Positions 27,239 to 38,650 of a DNA stretch of 64,000 nucleotides are shown in pieces. How positions within the stretch are numbered: the first letter of the stretch is position 1; every line of letters starts with the position of its first letter. A program made the translations under genes and the position numbers. Source of the DNA: Lama guanicoe (taxonomy: Eukaryota); assembly GCA_013239625.1 (NCBI GenBank), contig MU053444.1, positions 265,822-329,821 of the forward strand. The letters run 5' to 3'. The notes beneath the pieces are model-generated. The model had not been told where the DNA came from. It worked only from the letters and a program-made list of their open reading frames with translations, and searched no databases.

Positions 27239-27503
27239 CCCTACGTGTATCTCTAGTCCAGCTCCTTCACCTGAGCCCCAGGCTCATAGGCCCGAGTGCC
27301 TCTTTGAAGTCCTAACTTGGATGACAAATGGAATCTTAAAAGTGCCTCTTGTCCACCATTTACTCTGGAGACCCCTACGTGTATCTCTAGTCCAGCTCCT
27401 TCACCTGAGCCCCAGGCTCATAGACCCGAGTGCCTCTTTGAAGTCCTAACTTGGATGACAAATGGAATCTTAAAAGTGCCTCTTGTCCACCATTTACTCT
27501 GGA
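27239..27503 (+). repeat. Tandem duplication, period 134 bp, in L2-like sequence
   Basis: ccctacgtgtatctctagtcc...catttactctgga at 27239-27369 and 27373-27503; one substitution seen. Confidence 0.92.
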
Positions 27504-30500
27504 ATTCGATTCCTGACAGGTACCTCCCAGGCTTCCCATTTTAGTAACAGCCCCAGTACCCACCTAGGTGTTTGAGGTCACATTAAATTTCCCCTGTTCC
27601 CTCCCCCAGCCCTGCCCTGGAATCTGTCTTGTCATTTCTGTCGCTAAGCCCATCTCAACTCTGGTTCTGCAGGGACCACGGCCGGAACCCCACAAGCTCA
27701 CAGCATGGTGCAGTGAATCACAATCCTCCGAAGAGTGCTCCCTGGAGGGGAGGCATCTCCTGGCACGGGTCACCTCAGAAGGCACTGGATTCTCACAAAG
27801 GAGGACCAGGAGAAGGGACTCAAGGTTTTCCCGTGGTCTGAAATTTGAAGGGCCCGAGGTCTAGGGAAGCTCCTAATTAGCAGACACAAATGCCAGTGAG
27901 CAGATGAGGATGGAGGAACCGAGGCAAGGCTGTTCTCACTCTGACCGCTGGGCCTTCGGGAGCCATGGGAAAGGCCTTTGTCCAGGGTACAGCCCAGCCA
28001 TCACAGATCCCAGCCTGCATTTGCCAACCCAGACAGCCTAGACTCCTTCTACTTGCGACATTTACATCTTTTCTGTTCCCCCCGAGAATGTGATGGACTC
28101 TTTCAGAAATTCTGGCCTGTCTCAAGCGAGACCAAGACAGTGAAGGATGAAGTGTCCACATTTGGACCAGAGCATGAAAGGAGAAACAAGGCCTCATGGC
28201 CAGCATGACGGTGGTGGCCAAACCCTTCCCCCGGGTGAGATGAAACAGGGTGGCAGTAAGAATCCAAGGCCCTAGGTCGGCCAAAACTTCTTCCTACACG
28301 GTTGACTGGGGTGTTGGAGACTCACTAGCGCAAACTAACGACACGGGCGTCAGTGGTGGACGTCAGCTGCAACAGACACAGAGTCAGCCACTTACTGCCA
28401 ACATGTGTTAAAAGTAAAGTCCTATGCAGGGAGGCCTGCATGGCTGCTGAGCCAAACCTCACATCTGGCTCTGCATGCTCACTGGCTGAAGCAGAGAGGA
28501 AGCCACAGTCCCCTTTAGCATTCCCTGTGTCCACCAGATCGAGGTGAGCCAGCTACTTAGGAGAAGGCCATGTTGTCCTGATACTCAGAAAAAACAGCCT
28601 CGTAAAGGGAACAAAAGTGTGGCATGGATTTTAGACCTGCTTCTGCACCTTTATGAAGGTAAATTAAAGTAAATGGCATGGGGAAGTTGAATGCAAAAAA
28701 AAATAAATAACAAAACGGTGACTGTTTCCTCCAACAGTGTCCCCTGCAGCTGCTCACCCCCGAGCCTGCCACTTCCTCACCAGTGACCGCTGGCCAGGCA
28801 GCGCCGTCACGCACATCACACAGTGACAGCCAGGAACCGTGTGCTGAGCACGTTTGTGGAAAAGAAGAAATCGAACAAGATGCTGCAGACTTTGACTTTA
28901 CAAGTTTAAATACTCAATGAAAATAATCCCTCAGCAGCCGCCTAAATCAATTCGTATCTCACTTCTTCAAAACAATCAAACAAATTTTATAAGGGCGCAT
29001 TTGTCGCCAAATATACAGAGGACCAAACAAGTTCCTCAAAGCAAGGATTTTAACAGGTATCAAACACCGGTGTGTGATGTGATAACAAAGCAAATATTCC
29101 AAAAGTTAGAAAATAAAAAGATGACTAGGATAATACATGGATCAAGCCAGCTGTTAAGTTTTTGATTTTTAAAGCGATGGAGACAGCACGGAGGGCGATC
29201 TAGCTATTTCCAATGCAGGGTGTGCACAGCCCACATTTTCAGACGCAACAACATGCTCACAAGGCAGTACAAGAGAAAAAGGAAAAAAGAAAAAGGAAAA
29301 GAGAAACAAGGGAAAATTAGAAACACACAAGAACAAAAATGACTTTGACAGCCTGTACAAGAATTTACATGAGTGTGTGAGGACAGGGATGCGGGGACGG
29401 TGAGACCCACCCTCACCTCCTGCTCCAGGGAAGGCAGGGGCCTGAGTGGGGCAGCGCTGCCATGGAACCCCAATTTGGTAAGCTCCCCAAACCAAAATTC
29501 CACCTACATGCGTCTAGACAGCTTTTGACCTACAAAATATGGTCGCATTTCAGACTGGATAGTTTTATTCACTCCCACCAAGAGTAGCAGGAATGAATTA
29601 GGCTCTGCTCCTGCAAAAAAGCATTGTTTTGTAAATTAATGACTGTGGAATAGTAAAAGGAACAATGGAGTAAAAGTGACTGGAGGAGAACTTTCTTGAC
29701 CCAAGCTCACTGGCCCTGTTATCTCACTGACGTTCAGATGATGGCTGGGCACTGATTGTACCAAAACAGAGAGACCCACCAGGAGGGAGGTTTAATGCAC
29801 TGCTGTATTTTGATGCCGAGAGCCATGGCTGGTACATGAGGTTCTGGGTAAACTATGGTGACAGTGTCCACCACTATGGGTTAAGCACACATCCAGCTAC
29901 TCTGCCAAATCCCAAGGGCAGACTTCAAAAGGCAAAAACAAGCTGGAATTTTCTGGTGCGTCTTCAGACTCAGAGCCAAGCAGTTGATGAGGAAAATGTC
30001 ACCAGTGCCTCCTACGACAAAATAGGTGGCACTGGCCAGGGGGCTGGGGCAGGGATCCTGGCTTTCACTGTTCACCCACCAGTCTGTCCAGGGGTAAAAG
30101 TTGGTCCCTGCTTACATTGCACCGATGCACCTACCTTGACTAAAGCCTGGGGGCTCAGCAGGAGGTGACAGGTGAGGTGAACGGAGCCAGCCTTGGTGTA
30201 GCACGGGGCTGGCAGCTGTGCCTTCAGCAGTGTCCATGCTCCTAAACCTGCCACCTCATCTCCAAGTAGCAGAAGGGGAGTGAGGACATGTAGGTCACAG
30301 GGCCCTGCGAGGACAAGCACAGATCATGGCCACGACATTGCTTGCCCCTTCCTTAAGCCATAGAGGCATGTCCGGGGAGGAACTGAAAATTCATCCAGAG
30401 CCCGCCAGGCACCACACGCAGGTGGGACTCGGGTCCCCTGAGGCTCTCACTCACAGGGCTGGTCTGGACTTTCATTTTATCAATTCTCTGGCATCTTCTC

Positions 30501-31269
30501 CTCCAACTTAGCAACAACCAGAAAGTAGGATCTGTTCTTAAGTAAGTTCAAGAATCACAGAGCACCACCTCCACAGCGGTCCTGCAGCACGTGACAGGTC
30601 CTCCGACCGTCACCTGTGGGACCTCCATGAGCGCTCTCCAGACTCAAGGTCCGAGGCCATAGGCCGGGGGGACATAACTTCCCTCATTCTCCCCAGCAAA
30701 GGGGGACCACCTCTCGACAAAGGCATCTCACCCTCTTCTGCCCGAGGGACAGCACGATAGATACACGGAGAAACAGAGCAGAAGGTGGGGGTGTAGGCAG
30801 CCCAGAAGAGCTCGTCTGCACTTTCGTGGCAAAGTGGGACTGGTGACTTAATCACAAGGACAAAGTGAGGAGGAATATTTCCCTGCTCTGTCCCATACTC
30901 TGTGACACAACTTTCCCTGCGTAAGGAGTTCATTCGGAAGTCCCTGGCGGTGTTTCTGATGTCCTAACTTGGCATGGTGGCTGTCGGGCATGAAGAGAGG
31001 GCCTGAGCTGAACAGGTGCTGGGCCAGGGAGGCAGGAGACACCGGCAACACCCCCATCTCAACCAGCGCCTCGTTCTGCGTCTCGGGATTCAGCATCTCA
31101 TCTATAAGTAAACGGATGAGACTGTCCGAGGACTGGCTTCCCAACAGAAATGAAATGAGAGCCATGAAAAGAAAGTTTCCCAGTTGCCACATTTAAAACG
31201 GTAAAGAAAAAAACAAACAAAAAACAAATACTACAAACTGCTTTTCAGAACAGTTCTTACTGTTCTACT

Positions 31270-31452
31270 GTATGTAAAATAGTATCATTTTGACATGTAA
31301 TCAATATAGAAAGTAACAAGATAGTTTACATTCTTTTTCCTTGACAAGCCTCAGCATCTGATGTGCATTTGACATACAGCACATCTCAGCTCAGACCAGC
31401 CTCCTCCGCAGCGCTCATAGCATCAGTGGCTGTGACTAATCTATTGAACAGC
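31270..31452 (+). mobile_element. MER33/hAT-Charlie-like DNA transposon fossil
   Basis: tatcattttgacatgtaatcaatata...tgtgcatttgacatacagcacatctcagctcagaccagc...ctattgaacagc. Confidence 0.65.
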
Positions 31453-31689
31453 CTCTCCAAGGGTCCAACCAGGGTTCCTGGCTGAAAAGCAGGAGGAAGT
31501 GTCCACACTAACCCTAAAAGGATCTCTCTGAAACAAAGGCAGATTCACTTTTAAATGTCTGTAAACCAGCGGGCTGCACCTCCCTCCACCCTCGGCTACA
31601 AGACACCCCTCTTCCTTACTGATCCCTTCCTGGATGAAGGGAAGCAACCAGGCACAGAGCCAGGGCGGACGGGCCACCAGGTAAATTAC

Positions 31690-32257
31690 CATCAGTCTGT
31701 GTCCAGTCCCATGAAGTCCTCCTTCTCAAACAGGATGCAGAGGAGGGGGATCTTGTCCCCAGAATTTTCGGGGGCCCCATCCAGCCACTTAGACTTGAGC
31801 AAGATGAAGAGTGACTCAGTGAAGTCCTCGATCCTCTTCACCACCCTGCAGTCCTCGTAGATTGAAGGCCACGTCGGTGCGTGTCTGCTCGGCTACCTCC
31901 CAATGCAGCACAAAGACAAAGAGCTAAGAGTCATTAATGAGGTGCCATACAGCTTTTCTGCACGTGGAGCTTATCGAAGGCCTTGGCCAAGAGGTAGTCG
32001 GCAATGGTGACAAGGCCCATGACCTTGCGTTTGGTCTGGAATACGCTTCACCCATTCTCGGGTGCATAGTGGTGCCTGTAGTGGTACAGAGTGCCCAATG
32101 TGAGCCGCACGGGCTGATCTGGCTCACCAAGGAGATTCGCTTATAGATGCAAAACAGATTCTCCTCTGAGATGATACCAACGGGTTGGACCACCACGGAG
32201 AGAGTCTTGTAGTCCTAAGCACACTGCACGTAGTCAGGGATGCTCATGTTGCAGGCC
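31690..32257 (-). pseudogene. TRAPPC9: TRAPPC9-like paralog, exon 2 (first coding exon), disabled
   Basis: Acceptor ctcccctctcggcag, 10-nt UTR, ATG at 32247. Reads [44 protein letters not shown] ... [27 protein letters not shown] ... [55 protein letters not shown], matching TRAPPC9 [37 protein letters not shown]...[22 protein letters not shown]. At least four stops and four frameshifting indels. Donor TG|GTAATT retained. Confidence 0.97.
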
Positions 32258-32687
32258 CTGCCGAGAGGGGAGAGGAGATCGAGGTACATACTGTGCTGTG
32301 GGCTGCAGGCCCCTCTGGCTTGCGGTGACCTAATGTGTACCAGCCAGAAGGCAAGGGAAGTCCAACCAAAGCCAGGGGTACAGTTTGTTCTCAGAGTCTG
32401 CACAAGGCTACCGTAGGTCGGATCACATTACCCAGCTTTTGGTCTAGGCTTCCTGCCCCTGCGAGCAGGGTCATTTCTTGTTTTCTGTATCCAAGCACCT
32501 AGCCAGACACTGATGCAAAGTCAGTGCTCAAACCTGCTGAATAAAGAAATGAACAAAGGAAGTGCTTTCCCAACCCGCCTCAGCAGAATATAAAGAAAAG
32601 AACCACAGTGGGATCAAAACATCTGGATTTAACTCCAATTTGTCTGAACTCCTAAGCTGCAGAATAATTGATAAGAAAACTTGCCTT

Positions 32688-32815
32688 GGGGAGGAGGGTA
32701 CACTTCAGTGGTACAGCACATACTTAGCATGTACGAGGTCCTGGGTTCAATCCCCAGAACCTAATTTAAAAAATGAAAAAAATAAATAAACCTAACTACC
32801 CTCCTCAAAAAATAT
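32688..32815 (+). mobile_element. Vic-1-like SINE
   Basis: ggggaggagggtacacttcagtggtacagcacatacttagcatgtacgaggtcctgggttcaatccccag...aataaataaacctaactaccctcc. Confidence 0.88.
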
Positions 32816-34067
32816 TTTTTAATTCAAAATTCAAAAAAACACCTTGCAATTGACACAACACTGTAAACTTTTCTATAGTTCAATTAAAAATATAATCCTT
32901 GCCTTACAAGAATATATCTGGATTACGGAAGTTTGCAAATGTAAAATGCCTAGGGTACCACCTGCATAAAAAGGGGGAACTGTACAAATTTACAATCCCT
33001 CCTTTATGAGCTATATTTCCTTTGGGGGGTTATAACTTCTCAGAGATAATTTTCTCAGATTAAAAAAGAAAATATTACCTGATTATCAGTACTGCTGAAG
33101 AATCTAATAACCCTATGAAAGCATCTGACCCACTGAGGTTACTCAATAAAAGTTTGTTGAATGAATGAATAAACAAGCAAAATGAATGCTGCTCCCTGCC
33201 ACAGACCATCATAATGGTACTGCCTGGAAATCCCAAGCCCACGTTCCACCCGACTCTACATTAACCATGTGGGTGATCTGGACAGGCCTGTGTGCTTCTC
33301 TAAGCCCCAGTTTAATCATGAATAGAAATGAGGGCAATAACACAAACCTCAAAGTGTTAGTGAGTCAGTAATGAATTGTACCCCAACTTTGCAAGATGGA
33401 AACATTAAGGAAAATTGGGCAAAAGTCCATAGGCCCTCTCCATATTATCTCTTACGACTACATGGGAATCTACATTACATCTTAAAATAAAAAGTCTAAT
33501 TTTTTAAAGAGGCTATTCAGGTTAAATGAGCTCACTATCTCAAATAAGGAACACACAGCACAAATAGGACAATCCCTAGAACATGAGATACACTCAGTTA
33601 AATTTCCCACTGAACCCACTGGTCCCTCCAACTTCAGCACGAGGATGGGTCCTCGTGGCCAGAGGCCACTGCACCTGAAACTAACAAAGCTAATGGTTCC
33701 CACTTCCAAGAGCCCAGGTCACCACCCTAGGTCTAATTTTGTATTCATAATGTTTTTTTCTTTTTATTAAATAGAAATCCCCAATTGCATAGCCTTCAGG
33801 TCAGCAAAACCTGACCACAGAGATCATGATGGCAGGCCTTCTTGGTGAAACAATAAAATGAAAAGCCATTTCCTCAAGAACTCTGTGTAAATCTACTAGG
33901 GAACTTCACCCTGGACTGTGAGGAAGAGGACTGGGGAGGAGGGGGCAATATGGGGCACACAGACATATGGGCCACCTGTCCCACGATGGACTTTAGACTC
34001 AACCCTCATTTTCCAGAAAATTCAAAACACACACAGACAGAGGGCTAAGGACAAGATTTTTTTTTTT

Positions 34068-34230
34068 NNNNNNNNNNNNNNNNNNNNNNNNNNNNNNNNN
34101 NNNNNNNNNNNNNNNNNNNNNNNNNNNNNNNNNNNNNNNNNNNNNNNNNNNNNNNNNNNNNNNNNNNNNNNNNNNNNNNNNNNNNNNNNNNNNNNNNNNN
34201 NNNNNNNNNNNNNNNNNNNNNNNNNNNNNN
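34068..34230. other. Assembly gap (N run)
   Basis: 163 Ns following a poly-T run. Confidence 1.
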
Positions 34231-35067
34231 ATTTAAACCCCCTGCTCCAGTGCTCACACTAGAAAGTGTGACATACTGACCCTTTCCTGCCTTCTCCTTG
34301 CAATAAATCACTGAAGAGTCTTTTCTGTGCCACCTGGAATCACAATCACATCAATTTTCCACAAAGAACTATGTCACTCCTTGAAGGACGTATCAAAATC
34401 TAAAGGGTTGGAATGGGAGGAGAGATATGCATTTTCTGTTTCTCAAAGGAAACATGGCTTAAAAAGAGACTGAAAAGGACTTATCTAGTCTAAGCCCTCA
34501 TTGTACAGAGAAGGAAACGGAGGCTCAGAATAGATGAGAAAATGGCCTTATTAACACATATTGCCTCAGCGCAGCACCAAACCATCCCTGGGCATTTCTG
34601 GGGGAGGATCTGGGAGGCCCAGGAGAATGAGTGTTAGAAAAAGGAAAGAGAAGAAGCATACAAGTCCCTTTATCTACACCACCATAACATGAATTTCCAC
34701 CAAATTACCCAGCATCGGTGCAGCCAATATTAAGGTGGGCTAAACAGATTATAGAAACCTGGAAGTCTCAACCATAGTGGAAATTACAACAATTAATATG
34801 GTTTTTTCCCAGTTCAAGCTTCAGCTCAGTAGGCACTCCATACCAGGGACAACACTAGGCCTGGAGTTCTCCCAAATACAGATCTCTATTACCACATGTG
34901 CAAACCACATAAAGGCCCACCAGAAGAAAAGCGCCCATAGATAAGATGGAATTACTGAAACTGAAAGCAGCCAAGCAGCATATATTACTAGGAAAAACGG
35001 TGCTGCCAGAAATGTATTCATCGACATAGAAAGCAAGCTGTGTTCAGCAGGCAGGAAAGGGGGGATT

Positions 35068-35290
35068 AACAGATACAAATTAATAAATATAAAATCAATG
35101 ACAAGGACCTGCTATATAGCACAGGGAACTATATTCAATTTCTTGTAATGAGTTGTACTAAAAACAATCTAAAACATATGTATATAAATATGCATACGTT
35201 TATAACTGAATCTCTGTTGTACACCTGAAACTAACATTGTAAATTGACTACACTTCAATAAAAATAATTTTAAAAAATAAGTAAAAATAA
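35068..35290 (+). mobile_element. L1 3' UTR tail
   Basis: acaaggacctgctatatagcacagggaactatattcaa...tgtacacctgaaactaacattgtaaattgactacacttcaataaaa. Confidence 0.85.
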
Positions 35291-36302
35291 AAGCAACGCC
35301 ATTAAGAAAAAATTGAAGAAAACTGTAATCCCCTTAGCTGTAGGTGGTGGAGAAATCTGGTTGCAAGCACCAAGTACATTGGATCATTCCAGCACTCACT
35401 GAACTCTTTCTCACCATCAGAGAGTTACTTGGCTTCACTGAAGTTACTTTTCTCTCCTGTGAAAGGCAACAATTGCAACTAACGATGTATGCAATCTCAT
35501 CATCCACAAGCCCAAATATTAGTGAGGACTTCCCAAGGGCCAGTCTCTGGACAGATGAAAAGATAGGGTCCCAGATTTATTCATGCGTAGAAGAAGTTTA
35601 AGCCATAAAGACATTAATTCTTCCTGTTTTGATAGACTGATTCAATACAATTCTGATTAGAATACCTACCAGATTTTTCATGGAATGTAACAAGTTAATT
35701 TATGGTCAGGAACAGCCAAGAAACATCTTTAGTACCACCAGTGGGGAGGGGTGGATAGGTCATTCATTTCCACTGTTCTTTGTGAAGTGTTAAAAACGTT
35801 CTGGAATAATAATGGTTGCACCAATGTGAATATGCAAAAAGCTGCTGAAGTGTACCATTTAAATGGATGGACTTCACGGTGTGTGAACAATATCACAATA
35901 AAGCTGTTATATGAAAAAATATTTCTTGACAATTATTTTTCACTCTATACAACTAGTCTGCCCCACAATTTAAGAAAAAGAAAAAACCAAAAGAAACCAA
36001 ACTGCCAGAAGCTCTTTAGGACTGCAATGTCCCTAGGTCTCCAACGCCTATGGTGGTGCTGTTCCTGTTAACAAACACTAGCTGGGCTGGACTTGTTAGG
36101 GACTGTAACTGTTCCTAAAATCAGCGGTCACATGTTTCACCCTGGGAGAGGGAAGGAAGGAGGATGTCACAGCCTCCTGCCTTAAGTTCATTTTTAACTG
36201 AACAAAGCCCTGCTTTCAACACTGTAATCCCTCGCACTATAAAAACACGTGACATCAACAAGCACCGACATCATAACACCTGAAAGTGTTCAAGGTACTT
36301 AC

Positions 36303-36445
36303 CTGGGGCAGAAACACTGAGGGAGGAGACTGAAGCTCGCTCAGCACTGATTCTCCCTATTCCCGACTCCACCAGGAGAAGCTGGGCTTTACAGCTGGAG
36401 ACTCTGAGCCAGGGGAGCAGCGCCCAAGCCGCTGAGCTTGTCCTC
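36303..36445 (-). other. Candidate non-coding leader exon ending in a consensus splice donor
   Basis: Minus strand CCCCAG|GTAAGTAC with the junction at 36303/36302, just downstream of the CpG island and about 4 kb upstream of the exon 2 acceptor. The 5' limit is uncertain. Confidence 0.55.
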
Positions 36446-37040
36446 AGGGAGCGGGAAAGGGAGAGGAGGGCAGCCCCGGGGTCGCGGGGCAGGGAAAGCA
36501 GAGGGGGTGTGACGCGGGCTGCAGCCCTGCTTGGAGGCCAGCCCCAGCCCAGCCGCCCGCCCCCGTCCGGGTCGGCAGACACTGCCCACACGGGACAGAG
36601 CCCGCCCAGGGGCGGGGACGGGTCGGCGGCTAAGGAGAGGAAGCCCGGGAGGAGGGGACTCGCGGGCGGGAGAGGGGAAGGGGACGCCAGCCACGGAGTG
36701 AGGGGAGCCCGGCTGGGGCGAGAGGCGGCAGGTGCACACCTGGCCCTGGGCAGTTGTGGCCGGGCCGCCGGGGCAGAGGGGCCTGGCCCGAGCAATTCAG
36801 CTGAACACATGCTGACTCGCGGCCTCGCGGGCTGTGACAAGCGGACCGCACTCCCGCAGCCGCCTGACCCCTTTCCCGAGAGACCCCACCTTGCACTTCC
36901 ACAGCCAGAAGCCCCGGCCTCTGAAAGGAGCCAAAGGCCTACAGGGCGACAGAGCTGAGGAGCCTTTGGGACCGATCCCAAGCTTGGAGCTGGGGCTTCC
37001 AACCCGCGGTCCAGCTGGCACCAACAGCGCATACGCAGGA
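36440..37040 (-). promoter_or_regulatory. CpG island, putative promoter
   Basis: The only strongly GC- and CpG-rich block in the window. GC box GGGGCGGGG at 36609-36617 and several CCGCCC. Six G-tracts at 36647-36683 (G-quadruplex-compatible). Strand inferred from the adjacent donor. Confidence 0.8.
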
Positions 37041-37711
37041 GGGCCAGAGAGCCTCTGGGTTCTGGGAGAAAAGCTGGGGCAGCCAGGGAGGGAGAAGATA
37101 GGACAAGGAGGGGAGGAGGGAAAAAGTGGAGGGAGACAGATGGACAGGAGGTGCAGAGAGAAGTGAGGGATCTGGAGAGGGGAGGGGAGTAGTGGAGATG
37201 AAGAGAAAAAGCTTTACCTCTGGGGGCACCCCAAAGGAGGAGGCAGCCCTGCCTCTGTACCCTTCTCTAACCCTTCAAGGCCCGCAGCTCAAGTTTTACC
37301 TCCCTGGTCCAGCGTTCCAGCCAAGGCCTCTTCAGAACCTCTACGGGGATCACACCCGTTGCCCCCACGGGGAGCTGGGTTTCCTTTTGCCTTGGGAACC
37401 AATCACCCGTGGGTGTTTTAGCTTAGAACTAAATTGGAAAGAGTACATATTCCCCTTTTAAACGCTGGGAAACAGGCAGGCATGATCTCTGCCTTAGCTC
37501 CACTGTCCCAGGTGTTGGGTTGGTGGGGAGCGGGAGGTAGAAGATCAGAGCCCTAGACAGAGTAGACTGCCTGATTGTTGGTGCATAGTCCCCATCCCTC
37601 CTGGGTAAACCACACCCCACTCTAGTGGAACCATCAAGGGCTCACAGTAGGTCTCTGGGTGTGGGAAAGCTGTCCTCAGTTCCAGTGCCCAGCTTGCAAG
37701 GTAGATAGGAG

Positions 37712-38195
37712 TGTTACCGAGTCCAAATTCATTCTCCTCAGTGCAGGACAGACCAATAAGTTCGGAAACCAGGTGTTGGGGCATGGAATAGTATGTTTCT
37801 GTAGACCTAGATGGCAAACTAATGTCCTGGAAAACCATCTCCCCAAGTCAGAATTCAGGCTTCTTCCCTACGTGCTTGGTTGTTGCAAACTTCTTGGTGT
37901 AGGAATTCTTTGTTGTTAGAATCCTTTGTTCTTGCAGCTATCTGCCAGGGTCAAATGTCTGTAAACCTCCAGCAAAACAAACGTTATTTTCTATTCTACA
38001 ACTTGTAATCATTTTATGAATGAAAAAATGTTAAATATCCTTAAAGGGCAGAGCCTTCAGAATAGGCTCTCCTGTATATTTCAGGCTCCAGGCAACATTT
38101 TTATACAAGCAAGATGAAGCCTAGGAGGCAGAGCACAGGGTTAAAGTCAAAGGAACTGATCTAATATGGAGACACATTTGTTCTTTTCTATTACC
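37712..38195 (-). mobile_element. Solo LTR related to the 281-820 LTR
   Basis: Ends are diverged reverse complements of the 281-820 LTR ends (tgttaccgagtccaaatt...; ...atttgttcttttctattac). Imperfect TSD GGAG/GGGG. Confidence 0.8.
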
Positions 38196-38579
38196 GGGGA
38201 AGAAGCCACTTCAGTATTTAAGTCAGTTTAAGTTAAATTTAACTAAAACTTTAAAGGAATGTACATAGGTGGGAATGTGCATAACATATCTGGAAAATCA
38301 CACAAAGGATAGTAAGCAGTGGCATCTCCATGGAGGGCTGAAAGAACAGAGAATGAGGGAAAACTTCTTTCACTTGTGTACTTTTGTGCTCTGTTTGAAT
38401 TTTTTTAACCACATGCATGTATATCTTTTTCGGTTAAAAAAATTATAATGAAGCAAAGGAGTAACTAGCACAGCAAATACAGCAGCCATGGAATCACTGA
38501 GCCATCACTTTTGATTTAAGCCAGGAAGCATTTATTGACTCTCTCCTATGTACCCAGAGATCTTTTAAGTATTCCTTTA

Positions 38580-38650
38580 TTTTATTATTATTAGTAGTAG
38601 TAGTATTAGTATTAGTAGTTGTAGTAGAAGTAGTAGTATTTTTTTTTTAT
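38580..38650. repeat. (ATT)/(AGT) low-complexity repeat
   Basis: ttattattattagtagtagtagtattagtattagtagttgtagtag. Confidence 0.85.

Noticed and set aside
30848..31192. 114-aa minus-strand ORF just after exon 2
   Set aside because: No similarity to TRAPPC9 or any protein I recognise, and no clean acceptor.
6357..32257. Calling this the functional TRAPPC9 gene or a processed pseudogene
   Set aside because: Multiple stops and frameshifts exclude a functional gene. Introns at the expected positions exclude a retrocopy.
36271..37032. 253-aa and overlapping ORFs in the GC-rich block
   Set aside because: Low-complexity Pro/Ala/Gly/Ser translations in several frames are expected from stop-poor CpG-island DNA; no recognisable protein.
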